A DNA stretch of 64,000 nucleotides, from NCBI GenBank assembly GCA_963668315.1, contig OY764216.1:2048001-2112000 (forward strand), read 5' to 3'. This DNA is from Spirochaetia bacterium. GTDB lineage: Bacteria > Spirochaetota > Spirochaetia > DSM-2461. Positions 1-8,357 of the stretch are shown here, one piece after another. How positions within the stretch are numbered: the first letter of the stretch is position 1; every line of letters starts with the position of its first letter. A program made the translations under genes and the position numbers. Below the pieces are notes generated by a model. The model worked only from the letters and a program-made list of their open reading frames with translations. It ran no database searches and was not told the DNA's origin.

Positions 1-637
1 AAGCTTCCTCGGGATTCTTGTAGAGGAGCCCGTCCGCCAGTGGTTTCATGAGGATGATTCCCACGTTTTTCCTGTGTGCCAGGGGTACCAGTTCATCCAG
101 CAGTTTGGGGAAATTGTTCACGTCATAATAGTTCAGCGTCGTCATGACCGCTTCGAAAGGAGCCCGGTTCAGCGCTTCGATAAGAACGTCGGGCTGGCCG
201 TGCATGCTCAGGCCAATATGGTGGATTTTCCCTTCGGCTTTAAGCTTTTCTGCCTCCTCAAAGGCCCCGCCGGGAGCGAGGATCCTATCCAGTTCTTCCG
301 AGTCCTTCACTCCATGCATAAGAAGGAGGTCCACATGGTCGGTTTTCAGGTTGACAAGGCTGGCTTCCAGACTCTGACGGCAGCCCTTTCCGTCCCGGTC
401 TCCCGTTTTGGTGACAAGCACATATTCGCTTCGTCTGTGGGATACGGCCTGGCCGATTTTTCTTTCCGATTCGCCCTGGCCGTAGCTCATGGCTGTTTCG
501 ATATAATTTCCGCCCCTGTCCAGGTATTCATTGAGGAGGACAGTCGCTTCGCTCTGCGGTATCTCGAGAAGATGAAATCCCCCGAATCCCAGAAGGGACA
601 GTTCCAGTCCTGTGGCGCCAAAAGGTCTCTTTTCCAT
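1..637 (-). CDS. Aldo/keto reductase (5' part, runs off the left edge; not in the ORF track)
   Basis: Manual translation from ATG at 637: MEKRPFGATGLELSLLGFGGFHLL...GGNYIETAMSYGQGESERKIG...LVTKT...LKTDHVDLLLMH...GKIHHIGLSMH, typical AKR motifs. RBS AAGGAAGG upstream. The + strand ORF 74..739 is its antisense shadow. Confidence 0.9.
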   Translation of the reverse strand, partial: MEKRPFGATGLELSLLGFGGFHLLEIPQSEATVLLNEYLDRGGNYIETAMSYGQGESERKIGQAVSHRRSEYVLVTKTGDRDGKGCRQSLEASLVNLKTDHVDLLLMHGVKDSEELDRILAPGGAFEEAEKLKAEGKIHHIGLSMHGQPDVLIEALNRAPFEAVMTTLNYYDVNNFPKLLDELVPLAHRKNVGIILMKPLADGLLYKNPEEA

Positions 638-654
638 AAAATCCTTCCTTTGAT

Positions 655-1128
655 TTATTTGATATCGGATGATAGATTGATTGCTTCAATAACTTCTTCT
701 ACGGAAAGGCAGTTCAGAATTTTCAGATACCAGGGATAGCGGTCCTTTGTTTCGGGAAGGCGGGCATGAAGATCCATGGCAGAGAAATATGCCTTCGTCT
801 GGTCAAGAACATCTTCAACAAGATAATTCAGGGCGGTCACCCTGTCTGGTCCGCTTCCTTTGGCGCCTATTTCGTTCAGAGTAAATGAGATGGAGTCTTC
901 CTTCGATTCTTCGACAGGAGAAAAAATCCACTTTTTTAGGAGTATCTGGCAGAGGTCTGGGTGTATGAGTATCGCCGCCCGTGAACAGGCGCAGCGCTTG
1001 TTGTCCCTCAGAAAAATAGTTTCGTAGTGATTGGAGACCAGATCCATGACCTCAGCCTGGCGTGTGCGCATTTCCGCCATGCCGAATACTTTCTTTTCCA
1101 ATCGTTCCTGTAAATTATCCTGTCCCAT
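655..1128 (-). CDS. Putative PHD-like (Phd/YefM-related, PF12910-type) antitoxin / DNA-binding protein
   Basis: N-terminal Phd-like pattern (FGMAEMRTRQAEVMDLVSNHYETIFLRDNKR), central EESKEDSISFTLNEIG..GSGPDRVTALNYLVEDV and C-terminal Y..AMDLHARLPETKDRYPWYLKIL..SVEEVIE resemble this family by eye. Confidence 0.6.
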   Translation of the reverse strand: MGQDNLQERLEKKVFGMAEMRTRQAEVMDLVSNHYETIFLRDNKRCACSRAAILIHPDLCQILLKKWIFSPVEESKEDSISFTLNEIGAKGSGPDRVTALNYLVEDVLDQTKAYFSAMDLHARLPETKDRYPWYLKILNCLSVEEVIEAINLSSDIK

Positions 1129-1144
1129 ATATGACCTCGAAAAT

Positions 1145-1174
1145 AGTATATGTCCTATATGTACATATTGTCAA
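1145..1174 (-). promoter_or_regulatory. Sigma70-like promoter with palindromic operator in the spacer
   Basis: Minus strand TTGACA-18 nt-TATACT. The spacer holds the perfect palindrome ATATGTACATAT followed by the near-copy ATAGGACATAT. Confidence 0.7.
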
Positions 1175-1181
1175 GTTCTCA

Positions 1182-1285
1182 TGGGGTTCGGCTGCGGTCC
1201 GCTTCATGTCCTTCCCTCCGCCGAACCCCACCCCTCGGGCGGCGTTAACGGCCCAAAACCATCGTTGGCTGCGGGTTTTTCCGGT
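1182..1285. repeat. GC-rich multi-hairpin intergenic element (REP/MITE-like)
   Basis: 11-bp perfect inverted repeat TGGGGTTCGGC (1182-1192) / GCCGAACCCCA (1220-1230), followed by two further imperfect hairpins. Confidence 0.4.
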
Positions 1286-1291
1286 TTTTAT

Positions 1292-1338
1292 AAATAAATC
1301 AAGGCAATAACGGCAGGCTTGTGCCTGACGTTATTGCC
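1292..1338 (-). terminator. Probable intrinsic terminator of the alpha/beta hydrolase gene
   Basis: Stem GGCAATAACG (1303-1312) / CGTTATTGCC (1329-1338) with inner CAGGC/GCCTG and a U-rich tail on the minus strand. Confidence 0.65.
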
Positions 1339-1379
1339 CTGTGTTTTAAAGGCTTTATTAAATAACTTAAGAAATAATC

Positions 1380-2360
1380 TTAGGCAAGATAGGTATTAAA
1401 GAATCCTTCGATCTTCTCAAAGGGGATAATATTCTTCTGATCATAAAGATCGGTGTGGCTGGCGCCGGGAATAATCATCAGCTCTTTGTTATCGCCGGTC
1501 AGCTTTTTGTACGCATCCTGGCTGAAGTATACGGAGTGAGCCTTTTCTCCGTGAATCATGAGTACGGCGTTGCGGATTTCGTCGCTGTACTGAAGAATGG
1601 GCATATTGGCCAGGGAAAGGGGAGAGGTTACATTCCAACCGTTGTTGGAGTTATTGGAACGGGCGTGGTATCCTCTGTCCGTTTTGTAGTACTGCACATA
1701 GTCTTTCACGAAGAAGGGAGCATCTTCGGGGAGTACATCGGGAGTGGGAAGTCCGCCTACTTTCGCATAGGTACCTTCGGCGTAATCCTTTGTCCTCTGA
1801 GCGTTCAGCTGCTCACGCATGGCGTAGCGGTCGTCGGCGCTCATGGAATCGAAATAGCCGTTGGCGGTGACGCGGGTCATGTCGTACATGGTGGAAGTGA
1901 CGGTTGCCTTGATGCGGGTATCGATGGCAGCGGCGTTCAGGGCCATTCCGCCCCAACCGCAGATGCCGATGACACCGATTTTCTCGGAATCAACCTTATC
2001 CAGGGTGGAAAGGAAATCAACGGCGGCCGAGAAGTCTTCCGTATTGATATCGGGAGAAGCCACATCTCTGGGCTCGCCGCCGCTTTCACCGGTATAAGAG
2101 GGATCGAAGGCGATGGTCAGGAAGCCTCTTTCGGCCATCTCCTGGGCATAGAGACCGGAAGCCTGCTCTTTTACGGCGCCGAAGGGGCCGGAAACGGCTA
2201 TGGCGGCCAGTTTGCCGGAGGCATTTTTGGGTTCGTACATATCGGCAGCCAGGGTGATGCCGTAGCGGTTATGAAAAGTGATTTTGCTGTGATTTACTTT
2301 GTCGCTTTTGGGGAATACCTTATCCCAATCCTGTGTTAACTCTAATTTCTGATTGTCCAT
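1380..2360 (-). CDS. Alpha/beta hydrolase (YcjY-like, dienelactone hydrolase-type)
   Basis: GPFGAVKEQ, FDPSYTGESGGEPR, nucleophile motif GICGWGG, GASHTDLYD. Confidence 0.9.
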   Translation of the reverse strand: MDNQKLELTQDWDKVFPKSDKVNHSKITFHNRYGITLAADMYEPKNASGKLAAIAVSGPFGAVKEQASGLYAQEMAERGFLTIAFDPSYTGESGGEPRDVASPDINTEDFSAAVDFLSTLDKVDSEKIGVIGICGWGGMALNAAAIDTRIKATVTSTMYDMTRVTANGYFDSMSADDRYAMREQLNAQRTKDYAEGTYAKVGGLPTPDVLPEDAPFFVKDYVQYYKTDRGYHARSNNSNNGWNVTSPLSLANMPILQYSDEIRNAVLMIHGEKAHSVYFSQDAYKKLTGDNKELMIIPGASHTDLYDQKNIIPFEKIEGFFNTYLA

Positions 2361-2422
2361 TATATGGTACCTTCCTTATGGTTATTTATATTTTTTTTCA
2401 AGAATTGACTTGTTATGGTCAT

Positions 2423-2453
2423 AAGATAATATCTAGAGCTAGCTCGAGGTCAA
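2423..2453 (-). promoter_or_regulatory. MerR-family-type promoter (19-bp spacer with dyad)
   Basis: Minus strand TTGACC-19 nt-TATCTT, with dyad CTCGAGC-TA-GCTCTAG between the hexamers. Confidence 0.6.
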
Positions 2454-2634
2454 TGGATGATTTCGATTTTTTTGAAAATTTTTCAAAAAAATAAAAAAAG
2501 AAATTGATAAAATGTTAATTAGTAAAGATATAGATGTGTTTCATTTGATATATAACGCAGAGGAAAAGGTACGGGGTTCTTTGTCTGAGATTGTTATTGA
2601 TTGAAATAATCCCATTAAAAACTTGAAAATCGGT

Positions 2635-3462
2635 CTAATTTATGAAGATTGTATGTCTCGGATCCCAGCCCTCTTCATAGCGAAAGGGGAAAGTAGGGTA
2701 ATCGCTCTTGGGGAGATCCTGCTGTATGGCGGCCCCAAGCTTTTTACGAAAATCCTCCGACTCATCAATCAGTTTTATATAGGCTGTAACAATTCTCGCT
2801 GTAGTTATGATATCGTTCATCATCCCATCTTCTGCGGTAGTTAAGATGGTAAGAATATTCTTCTCCATGGAAGCGTAAACGGTACCGTTGGAACCGACTA
2901 ACTGGAAAAGCTGATCCCTGTCATATAGAGCCTTTGATATATCATCCACTTCTCCGGGTGTAAACTGTCGTGGAAATAATCTATAGGGACATTTTCTGAG
3001 ACTGGCTCTTTCTCGTGTGGCATAAACTGTAAAATCAATGAGTTGACCCTTACCCTGTAGAAGGGGCAGAGGGAGCTGTTTGGGATTATTCCCCTGTTCC
3101 GGAGTGGTGAGTGTAAGTGTGTTCTCGACGTCAAAGGAGACTTCCTTTACCAAAGCGACAGGGGAACTCTGGGATTTGTCGTATATAATGGATACGCGGA
3201 AGTTATCATCATCGCTGACAGAGACAAATTTTTGTCTCCCGTACATGTAGTTCCACTTTTGTTCGGAATGCCATTGAACGACTAATGGAGAAAGTTTTCT
3301 GAAATTAACGGCTTGGTAGATATCTGCGGTCATGTCAAGATAAATCTGCTCCCGTATTTTCATCCCGGAAGTGTCAAACTCCCGGGAAAGGGTTTCCACC
3401 GGTACGGTCATACAAGAGAAGAGCAAAGGGAGAAGGCTTAGCAATACATACCGGATTTTCAC
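2635..3462 (-). CDS. Hypothetical lipoprotein
   Basis: GTG start at 3462 with a GGAG RBS gives KIRYVLLSLLPLLFSC (lipobox LFSC). No recognised domain. Confidence 0.7.
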   Translation of the reverse strand: MKIRYVLLSLLPLLFSCMTVPVETLSREFDTSGMKIREQIYLDMTADIYQAVNFRKLSPLVVQWHSEQKWNYMYGRQKFVSVSDDDNFRVSIIYDKSQSSPVALVKEVSFDVENTLTLTTPEQGNNPKQLPLPLLQGKGQLIDFTVYATRERASLRKCPYRLFPRQFTPGEVDDISKALYDRDQLFQLVGSNGTVYASMEKNILTILTTAEDGMMNDIITTARIVTAYIKLIDESEDFRKKLGAAIQQDLPKSDYPTFPFRYEEGWDPRHTIFIN

Positions 3463-3464
3463 AA

Positions 3465-5048
3465 TTAGTCTCCTACGGTAAAGGCTTCCCAACGGGCCCA
3501 TTCCTCCCGGTAGGTTGTAGCCCAGATCGGAATATCGATCTTAGTCCGCCAATTGATAATGGGAATACAAAAGCTCAGTCCTGCAGAAAGGTCAACTCCT
3601 ACCACATGAGCAGCCGTCCCTGTTCCCTTTATGACCGGTATATACTGCCCTTCCTTTGGATTCACCGATGTTGTAAATTTGAATTCTTCCCCCGCTTTTG
3701 CTTTGGCGCTAAAATAAAGCCACTCCCAAAAGAGGATCCTACCGTCAATATAGGCTGTGGGAGTTATTGATATTGATGCTTCTCCGGAAATCTCCACGGG
3801 AAGTACCAGCGTTTCATCCGGTCCCACATAGTAAACCGTATCATTCAAAATATCTCCGGAATAATAATCATCTACGTAAGGAACTAAATAGGGTACATAG
3901 ATGGTAAACCATCCTATCCTGATTTTATGAAATCCTGTTTTTACTCCGTAATTCACTCCGACTGTGGCCGCAAAGCCGTATATACCACAGAAAGCAGCTC
4001 TATATCCCAGACTTATATTCCCCTTTGCGTTCATGGCGATGGGAAGCTTAAAACCAGCCTGAAGGGAAAGGTTAATTAAAACAGGTCCTATAATAACAGG
4101 AGGAGTTTTTCCCAGAGGAATTTCTGCGTCAAATAAATCCACACCGGCTGTTTTACAAGTTCCATTTCCATTGTTATAACTTGCTTTGGAACTGAAATTA
4201 GTATCTGTGCTAAGATAAACTGCAGGAGTTATAGTGGCTTCTATATTGCCCCAGCAAACACTCGCCTTCCCCATTATTCCAAGAGAAACTTCAACCGCAT
4301 GGTTTGTATATGATGTGCTGCCCGTGAAATTAAAATCATCGACAGTGATTTCTCCATTATTATTAGCCTCCACAATTTTTAGATATTCTGAGTCCGGAAC
4401 TTCATCTAAGATGACTTCATCATCAAGATACTTATTTAGCTTGATCATAGATTCATTGAGAAAATCATAAGTTATGATGAAAAACTTTTTCAAGGGGCCA
4501 TAACCATTTGCCGTAGCGGTACCGGTCTCTTCATTTACTATGAAATCTCCGGAGCCCTCGGAGTCACCGTCTTTATCATTTATCCAATTGCTGATAAAAC
4601 TGCTCACATCTCCGCTTACGGCTCCGCAGAATGACAGCACGTCTTCGAGATCGTCGAACGTCAACGTATATATCTTCATAAACGCCTTCCATTCGTCGTC
4701 AATCGCCCTTTTCTTTTCATTGAATTCTGCAGCCGAATCCACATTTCCTATACTCCGACTCTTTGTAAAATCGGAACGGGTTTCATAACCTTCCGGATTT
4801 TCAATAACAACACTTAGAAGAGGGAATATGGCGGATATTGGATTTTCCGGAACTTCCAGAGCGGGACAGTATCCGGGAAGTTTGTACTCCATATACGAGC
4901 GGTTTAATAAGGATAACTCATTTGCTCCCATTCCGGAAAGTTGTCCCGTAAGTTCTGTAATCTGGTCGGGAGTAAGAGGGGTGTCCCCATGTGACTCTAT
5001 CAATTCGATAAGATCGGGCTCCATAAGGTAGGTGTTAAGAGCATTCAA
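3465..5048 (-). CDS. Hypothetical beta-strand-rich protein; possibly the C-terminal part of a split lipoprotein
   Basis: 527-aa ORF with TTG start and no signal peptide. Overlaps the upstream lipoprotein ORF by 14 nt. Long alternating hydrophobic/Gly beta pattern in the C-terminal half. Confidence 0.7.
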   Translation of the reverse strand: MNALNTYLMEPDLIELIESHGDTPLTPDQITELTGQLSGMGANELSLLNRSYMEYKLPGYCPALEVPENPISAIFPLLSVVIENPEGYETRSDFTKSRSIGNVDSAAEFNEKKRAIDDEWKAFMKIYTLTFDDLEDVLSFCGAVSGDVSSFISNWINDKDGDSEGSGDFIVNEETGTATANGYGPLKKFFIITYDFLNESMIKLNKYLDDEVILDEVPDSEYLKIVEANNNGEITVDDFNFTGSTSYTNHAVEVSLGIMGKASVCWGNIEATITPAVYLSTDTNFSSKASYNNGNGTCKTAGVDLFDAEIPLGKTPPVIIGPVLINLSLQAGFKLPIAMNAKGNISLGYRAAFCGIYGFAATVGVNYGVKTGFHKIRIGWFTIYVPYLVPYVDDYYSGDILNDTVYYVGPDETLVLPVEISGEASISITPTAYIDGRILFWEWLYFSAKAKAGEEFKFTTSVNPKEGQYIPVIKGTGTAAHVVGVDLSAGLSFCIPIINWRTKIDIPIWATTYREEWARWEAFTVGD

Positions 5049-5706
5049 CGCCTCCCCTGGAACCCTCTCCGTACTTACTGAAAATAAAACGGCCGTTATT
5101 ATTTATACCCATAAGCCCGTTGGGGTAATCTCCGTTTCTATACTGTTCCTTGATAATGGAATACATCGCCGTATGGTCTTCTTCCATGGAACTTATAAAG
5201 TTCAAATAGACACAATCTTCAAGTCCGGGCCGCTTGACCACAGGAAGAGAGTAAATCAAGTCGTTGTATCCGTCGTTATCCAGGTCTATCTCCCTACCAA
5301 GACCAGTGCTACGGCTGTCAGAAAGAAGCACATTTCCCTTGCTGTCAAAAAGGATATAATTAAGGGATATGGAGCGGTTATCCACATTTTCAATCTCCAT
5401 AAGTCCGTATTTAGCTTGCTCTTCGTGGTCGGTAAAATAATAGTGATCATTCAACTCCTCATGGGTCGTATAACCCAGTCGGAAGGCAATATCGGCACCG
5501 GGTACTATAGCGCTCTTCCCCGTTTTGGACTCACTGTAGTAAAGAGCTCCCCCCATAAAGGGTAGGGTTCTTATTTCGGCAAATTCGGAATATTGGGGAA
5601 TATCCTTTACCTGATAATTATCAGAACCACTATCTTCGAATGGGAGCGAACAGGACGCTACAAGGATTGTCAGTAACAAAGGAATCTTTACTGCCTTTTT
5701 TTTCAT
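5035..5706 (-). CDS. Hypothetical lipoprotein with DxDxDG Ca-binding-like loop; possibly the N-terminal part of a split gene
   Basis: ATG at 5706 with GGAGG RBS; MKKKAVKIPLLLTILVASC lipobox; DLDNDGYND motif. Confidence 0.75.
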   Translation of the reverse strand: MKKKAVKIPLLLTILVASCSLPFEDSGSDNYQVKDIPQYSEFAEIRTLPFMGGALYYSESKTGKSAIVPGADIAFRLGYTTHEELNDHYYFTDHEEQAKYGLMEIENVDNRSISLNYILFDSKGNVLLSDSRSTGLGREIDLDNDGYNDLIYSLPVVKRPGLEDCVYLNFISSMEEDHTAMYSIIKEQYRNGDYPNGLMGINNNGRFIFSKYGEGSRGGVECS

Positions 5707-5983
5707 AAAACCTCCCATAATTTTATGTGAAAGATTTAAAAAGTAAACAGATGTAAACATAAAGATTAATAAAAGTCAACCGTTTACAAATTAGGAGTCG
5801 TTTCAGATCAGAAAATGCGTTGGATTGTGAGTCGCGGGGAATGATCAACCTTTGCTAAGGAATAGAAAAGGAGAACCGGTCTTTGATGATTTATTCTCAT
5901 ATCCCAAATAACACTGACCACTCTTAAATAATATTAAAATCCTTGAGACTGATATAATTCCGAATGGAAGAATGATTGGCCGA

Positions 5984-6838
5984 TCATAATTTCTCGTGAG
6001 TCAGAATATGCAGAACCGACTGGATATGAAAATCGATTCGGTCTTCCATCCATCCGTATTTGCTGCTCTCTATCGTCGTTACATATTCCGTATCATAGAG
6101 GAAGTAATTTGAGAAGGCCGATCGGTCCAGTCTTCTTCCCAGAACGATAATCAGTCTGTTCAGATAAATTATTCCCCTGCGGGCTCTGATATAACCCATA
6201 TACCTCGTGTCATTCTCAAAGGGGAAATTATCCTCATTTTCATTTATGAACTCTTCCATGAGAGCTCTCATCTCCCGGGTATATACAAAATAGTAATTTC
6301 CCCATGTATTTGATTCATGAAGATCGATAGCTATCACCGGATTGATGTCTTTAATATAGTCGAGGAGGATTTGTGCTTCCTGGGTCTCAACCTTCCCGGG
6401 AGAAAAATCCCGGTTTATTTCCATCCCGTCGTAGTTATACCGGACGCCCTTTATCCAGCCCCACGGGTTAACAACGGGTATAATGTAGTAATTATAGGAT
6501 TTCAGATCTCCGCGGCTATCCAGTATCTGAAGCAGCTTGAGATTAGCCGCCACGCTTGCCGGCTCTGTTCCATGGACTCCCGAGGATATGATGACGTTGT
6601 CCGGTGCGTTATTATCGATTTTCACGCAATAAACGGGGTAGTCCCCGTCGTCATAATGGACGTTTCCGATTATCTCATAATCCCGGGTCGCTAAAACCGC
6701 ACCCACCTCTTCATAATCCCGCTGGGACTGATGGCGAGAGGGGTCCCAATCCTTCCTGCGCTCGGGTATTTAATTCTGAATTACCAGACAGGATAAAAGG
6801 GATAGACTGATTATGAAGAGAAGGGCTGTTTTATGCAT
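5984..6838 (-). pseudogene. M14 family zinc carboxypeptidase/deacylase lipoprotein interrupted by an in-frame TAA
   Basis: Catalytic motifs GVHGTE, VNPWG, RYN..G.EINRDF, IDLHE in 5984..6706. In-frame upstream ATG 6838 gives MHKTALLFIISLSLLSC-LVIQN*IPERRKDWDP..., with the stop at 6770-6772. Confidence 0.75.
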
Positions 6839-7004
6839 CTGTTGCCTTTGACCACCGATTTTCAATAGGATGAAACAATCTAACATGAACATGTGTATAT
6901 TTCAATCCGTCCCTCATCCCTCCTTTAGACAGACTTGTTTTTTCCCCTTCCATAGAACTCTTTCTGCGTCTATAATATAAGAATATAAAGCAGAAGGATA
7001 ACCT

Positions 7005-8309
7005 TTGGATAATATATTCGTTGAACTGGAAGCCCGCGATATTCTCTCTCTTAAATGCGAGAGGGCGCTTCTTATAGAGATACAGGAGGCCGATGAAAGC
7101 TCCTCCGAGGCGGAGTCTCACTTAAGAGAGCTTGAGAGCCTGACCATGACCATGGGAATTCCCAGTGTGGAATCGGTCATAATAAAGCCACGGGAGAAAA
7201 AATCCGGCTGGCTTCTGGGAAAGGGCAAGCTGGAGGAACTGGCCGAACAGGCCGATGAAGCAGAGGCGGATCTTCTGGTCTTTGATACCGATCTGACTCC
7301 CACCCAGCAGAGGAACCTGGAAAGATTTTTCAACCTCTGCGTCATAGACCGACAGGAAGTCATTCTGGATATTTTCGCCGACCGGGCCTCCACCCGTGAG
7401 GCGACCCTCCAGGTGGCCCTGGCCCGGATGGAGTACTCCCTTCCCCGGCTCACCCGGGCGTGGACCCATCTGTCCCGTCAGCGGGGCGGCGCCAAGGGAA
7501 CCAGAGGAAAGGGAGAGACCCAGCTGGAGACGGACCGCCGAATGGTCCAGAATCGCATCTCCAAGCTTAAGAAAGAGCTGGAAAAGGTCAAACAGACCCG
7601 CAATCTGCAAAGGAAGAAACGTTCCGAACGGCCCGTTCCCTCCATCGCCATCGTGGGATATACAAACGCGGGCAAATCATCTTTGCTCAACGGCATCACC
7701 GGGTCCGACGTCCTGGTGGAGGATAAGCTTTTCGCCACCCTGGATCCCACGTCCCGCCGGCTGAAAATGGAAGGGGGCAGGGAAGTGATCCTTACCGATA
7801 CGGTCGGGTTCGTCCGCAAGCTGCCCCATAATCTCGTGGATGCCTTCCATTCCACCCTGGAAGAAGCGGTGCTGGCCGATCTGATCGTCCATGTGGTGGA
7901 CGGCTCCTCTTCGGAGTATAAAAGCCATATAGTCACGACCCGGGAAGTTCTGGGCGATCTGGGCGCCTCCAGGGTTCCCCGGCTCCTGGTTTTCAATAAA
8001 ATGGATCTGAGCGGCGCCGTGGAGAAGAGACAGGAGCTGGAAATTGCCTATCCCGAAGCCCTTTTCATATCGGTCCATGGAGAGTTGGGGCTGGAGGAGC
8101 TGGAGGCCGAAATCAGCCGCCGCCTGGATGAACTGCAGCAGCTTACGTCTCTGCTGATCCCCGCCGACCGGTGGGATCTTGTCGCCCAGCTGCACAGAAC
8201 CTGCACCGTATCTTCGGAAGACTATGTGGACGAAGGAATTCTGGTGGAAGCCTGGCTTAACGGGAAAGACCGGAATCAGTACAGCCGATATATTTGTTCT
8301 GACAAGTAA
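7005..8309 (+). CDS. hflX: Ribosome-splitting GTPase HflX
   Basis: LTPTQQRNLE, GETQLETDRR, G1 GYTNAGKS, LFATLDPT, DTVGF, NKMD. Confidence 0.97.
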   Translation: MDNIFVELEARDILSLKCERALLIEIQEADESSSEAESHLRELESLTMTMGIPSVESVIIKPREKKSGWLLGKGKLEELAEQADEAEADLLVFDTDLTPTQQRNLERFFNLCVIDRQEVILDIFADRASTREATLQVALARMEYSLPRLTRAWTHLSRQRGGAKGTRGKGETQLETDRRMVQNRISKLKKELEKVKQTRNLQRKKRSERPVPSIAIVGYTNAGKSSLLNGITGSDVLVEDKLFATLDPTSRRLKMEGGREVILTDTVGFVRKLPHNLVDAFHSTLEEAVLADLIVHVVDGSSSEYKSHIVTTREVLGDLGASRVPRLLVFNKMDLSGAVEKRQELEIAYPEALFISVHGELGLEELEAEISRRLDELQQLTSLLIPADRWDLVAQLHRTCTVSSEDYVDEGILVEAWLNGKDRNQYSRYICSDK

Positions 8310-8357
8310 AATCAGAGGGGGAAGACGCCGATAATGAGAAAAAGACAGGGAGAACAT

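Noticed and set aside
74..739. 221-aa + strand ORF
   Set aside because: Antisense shadow of the aldo/keto reductase on the minus strand.
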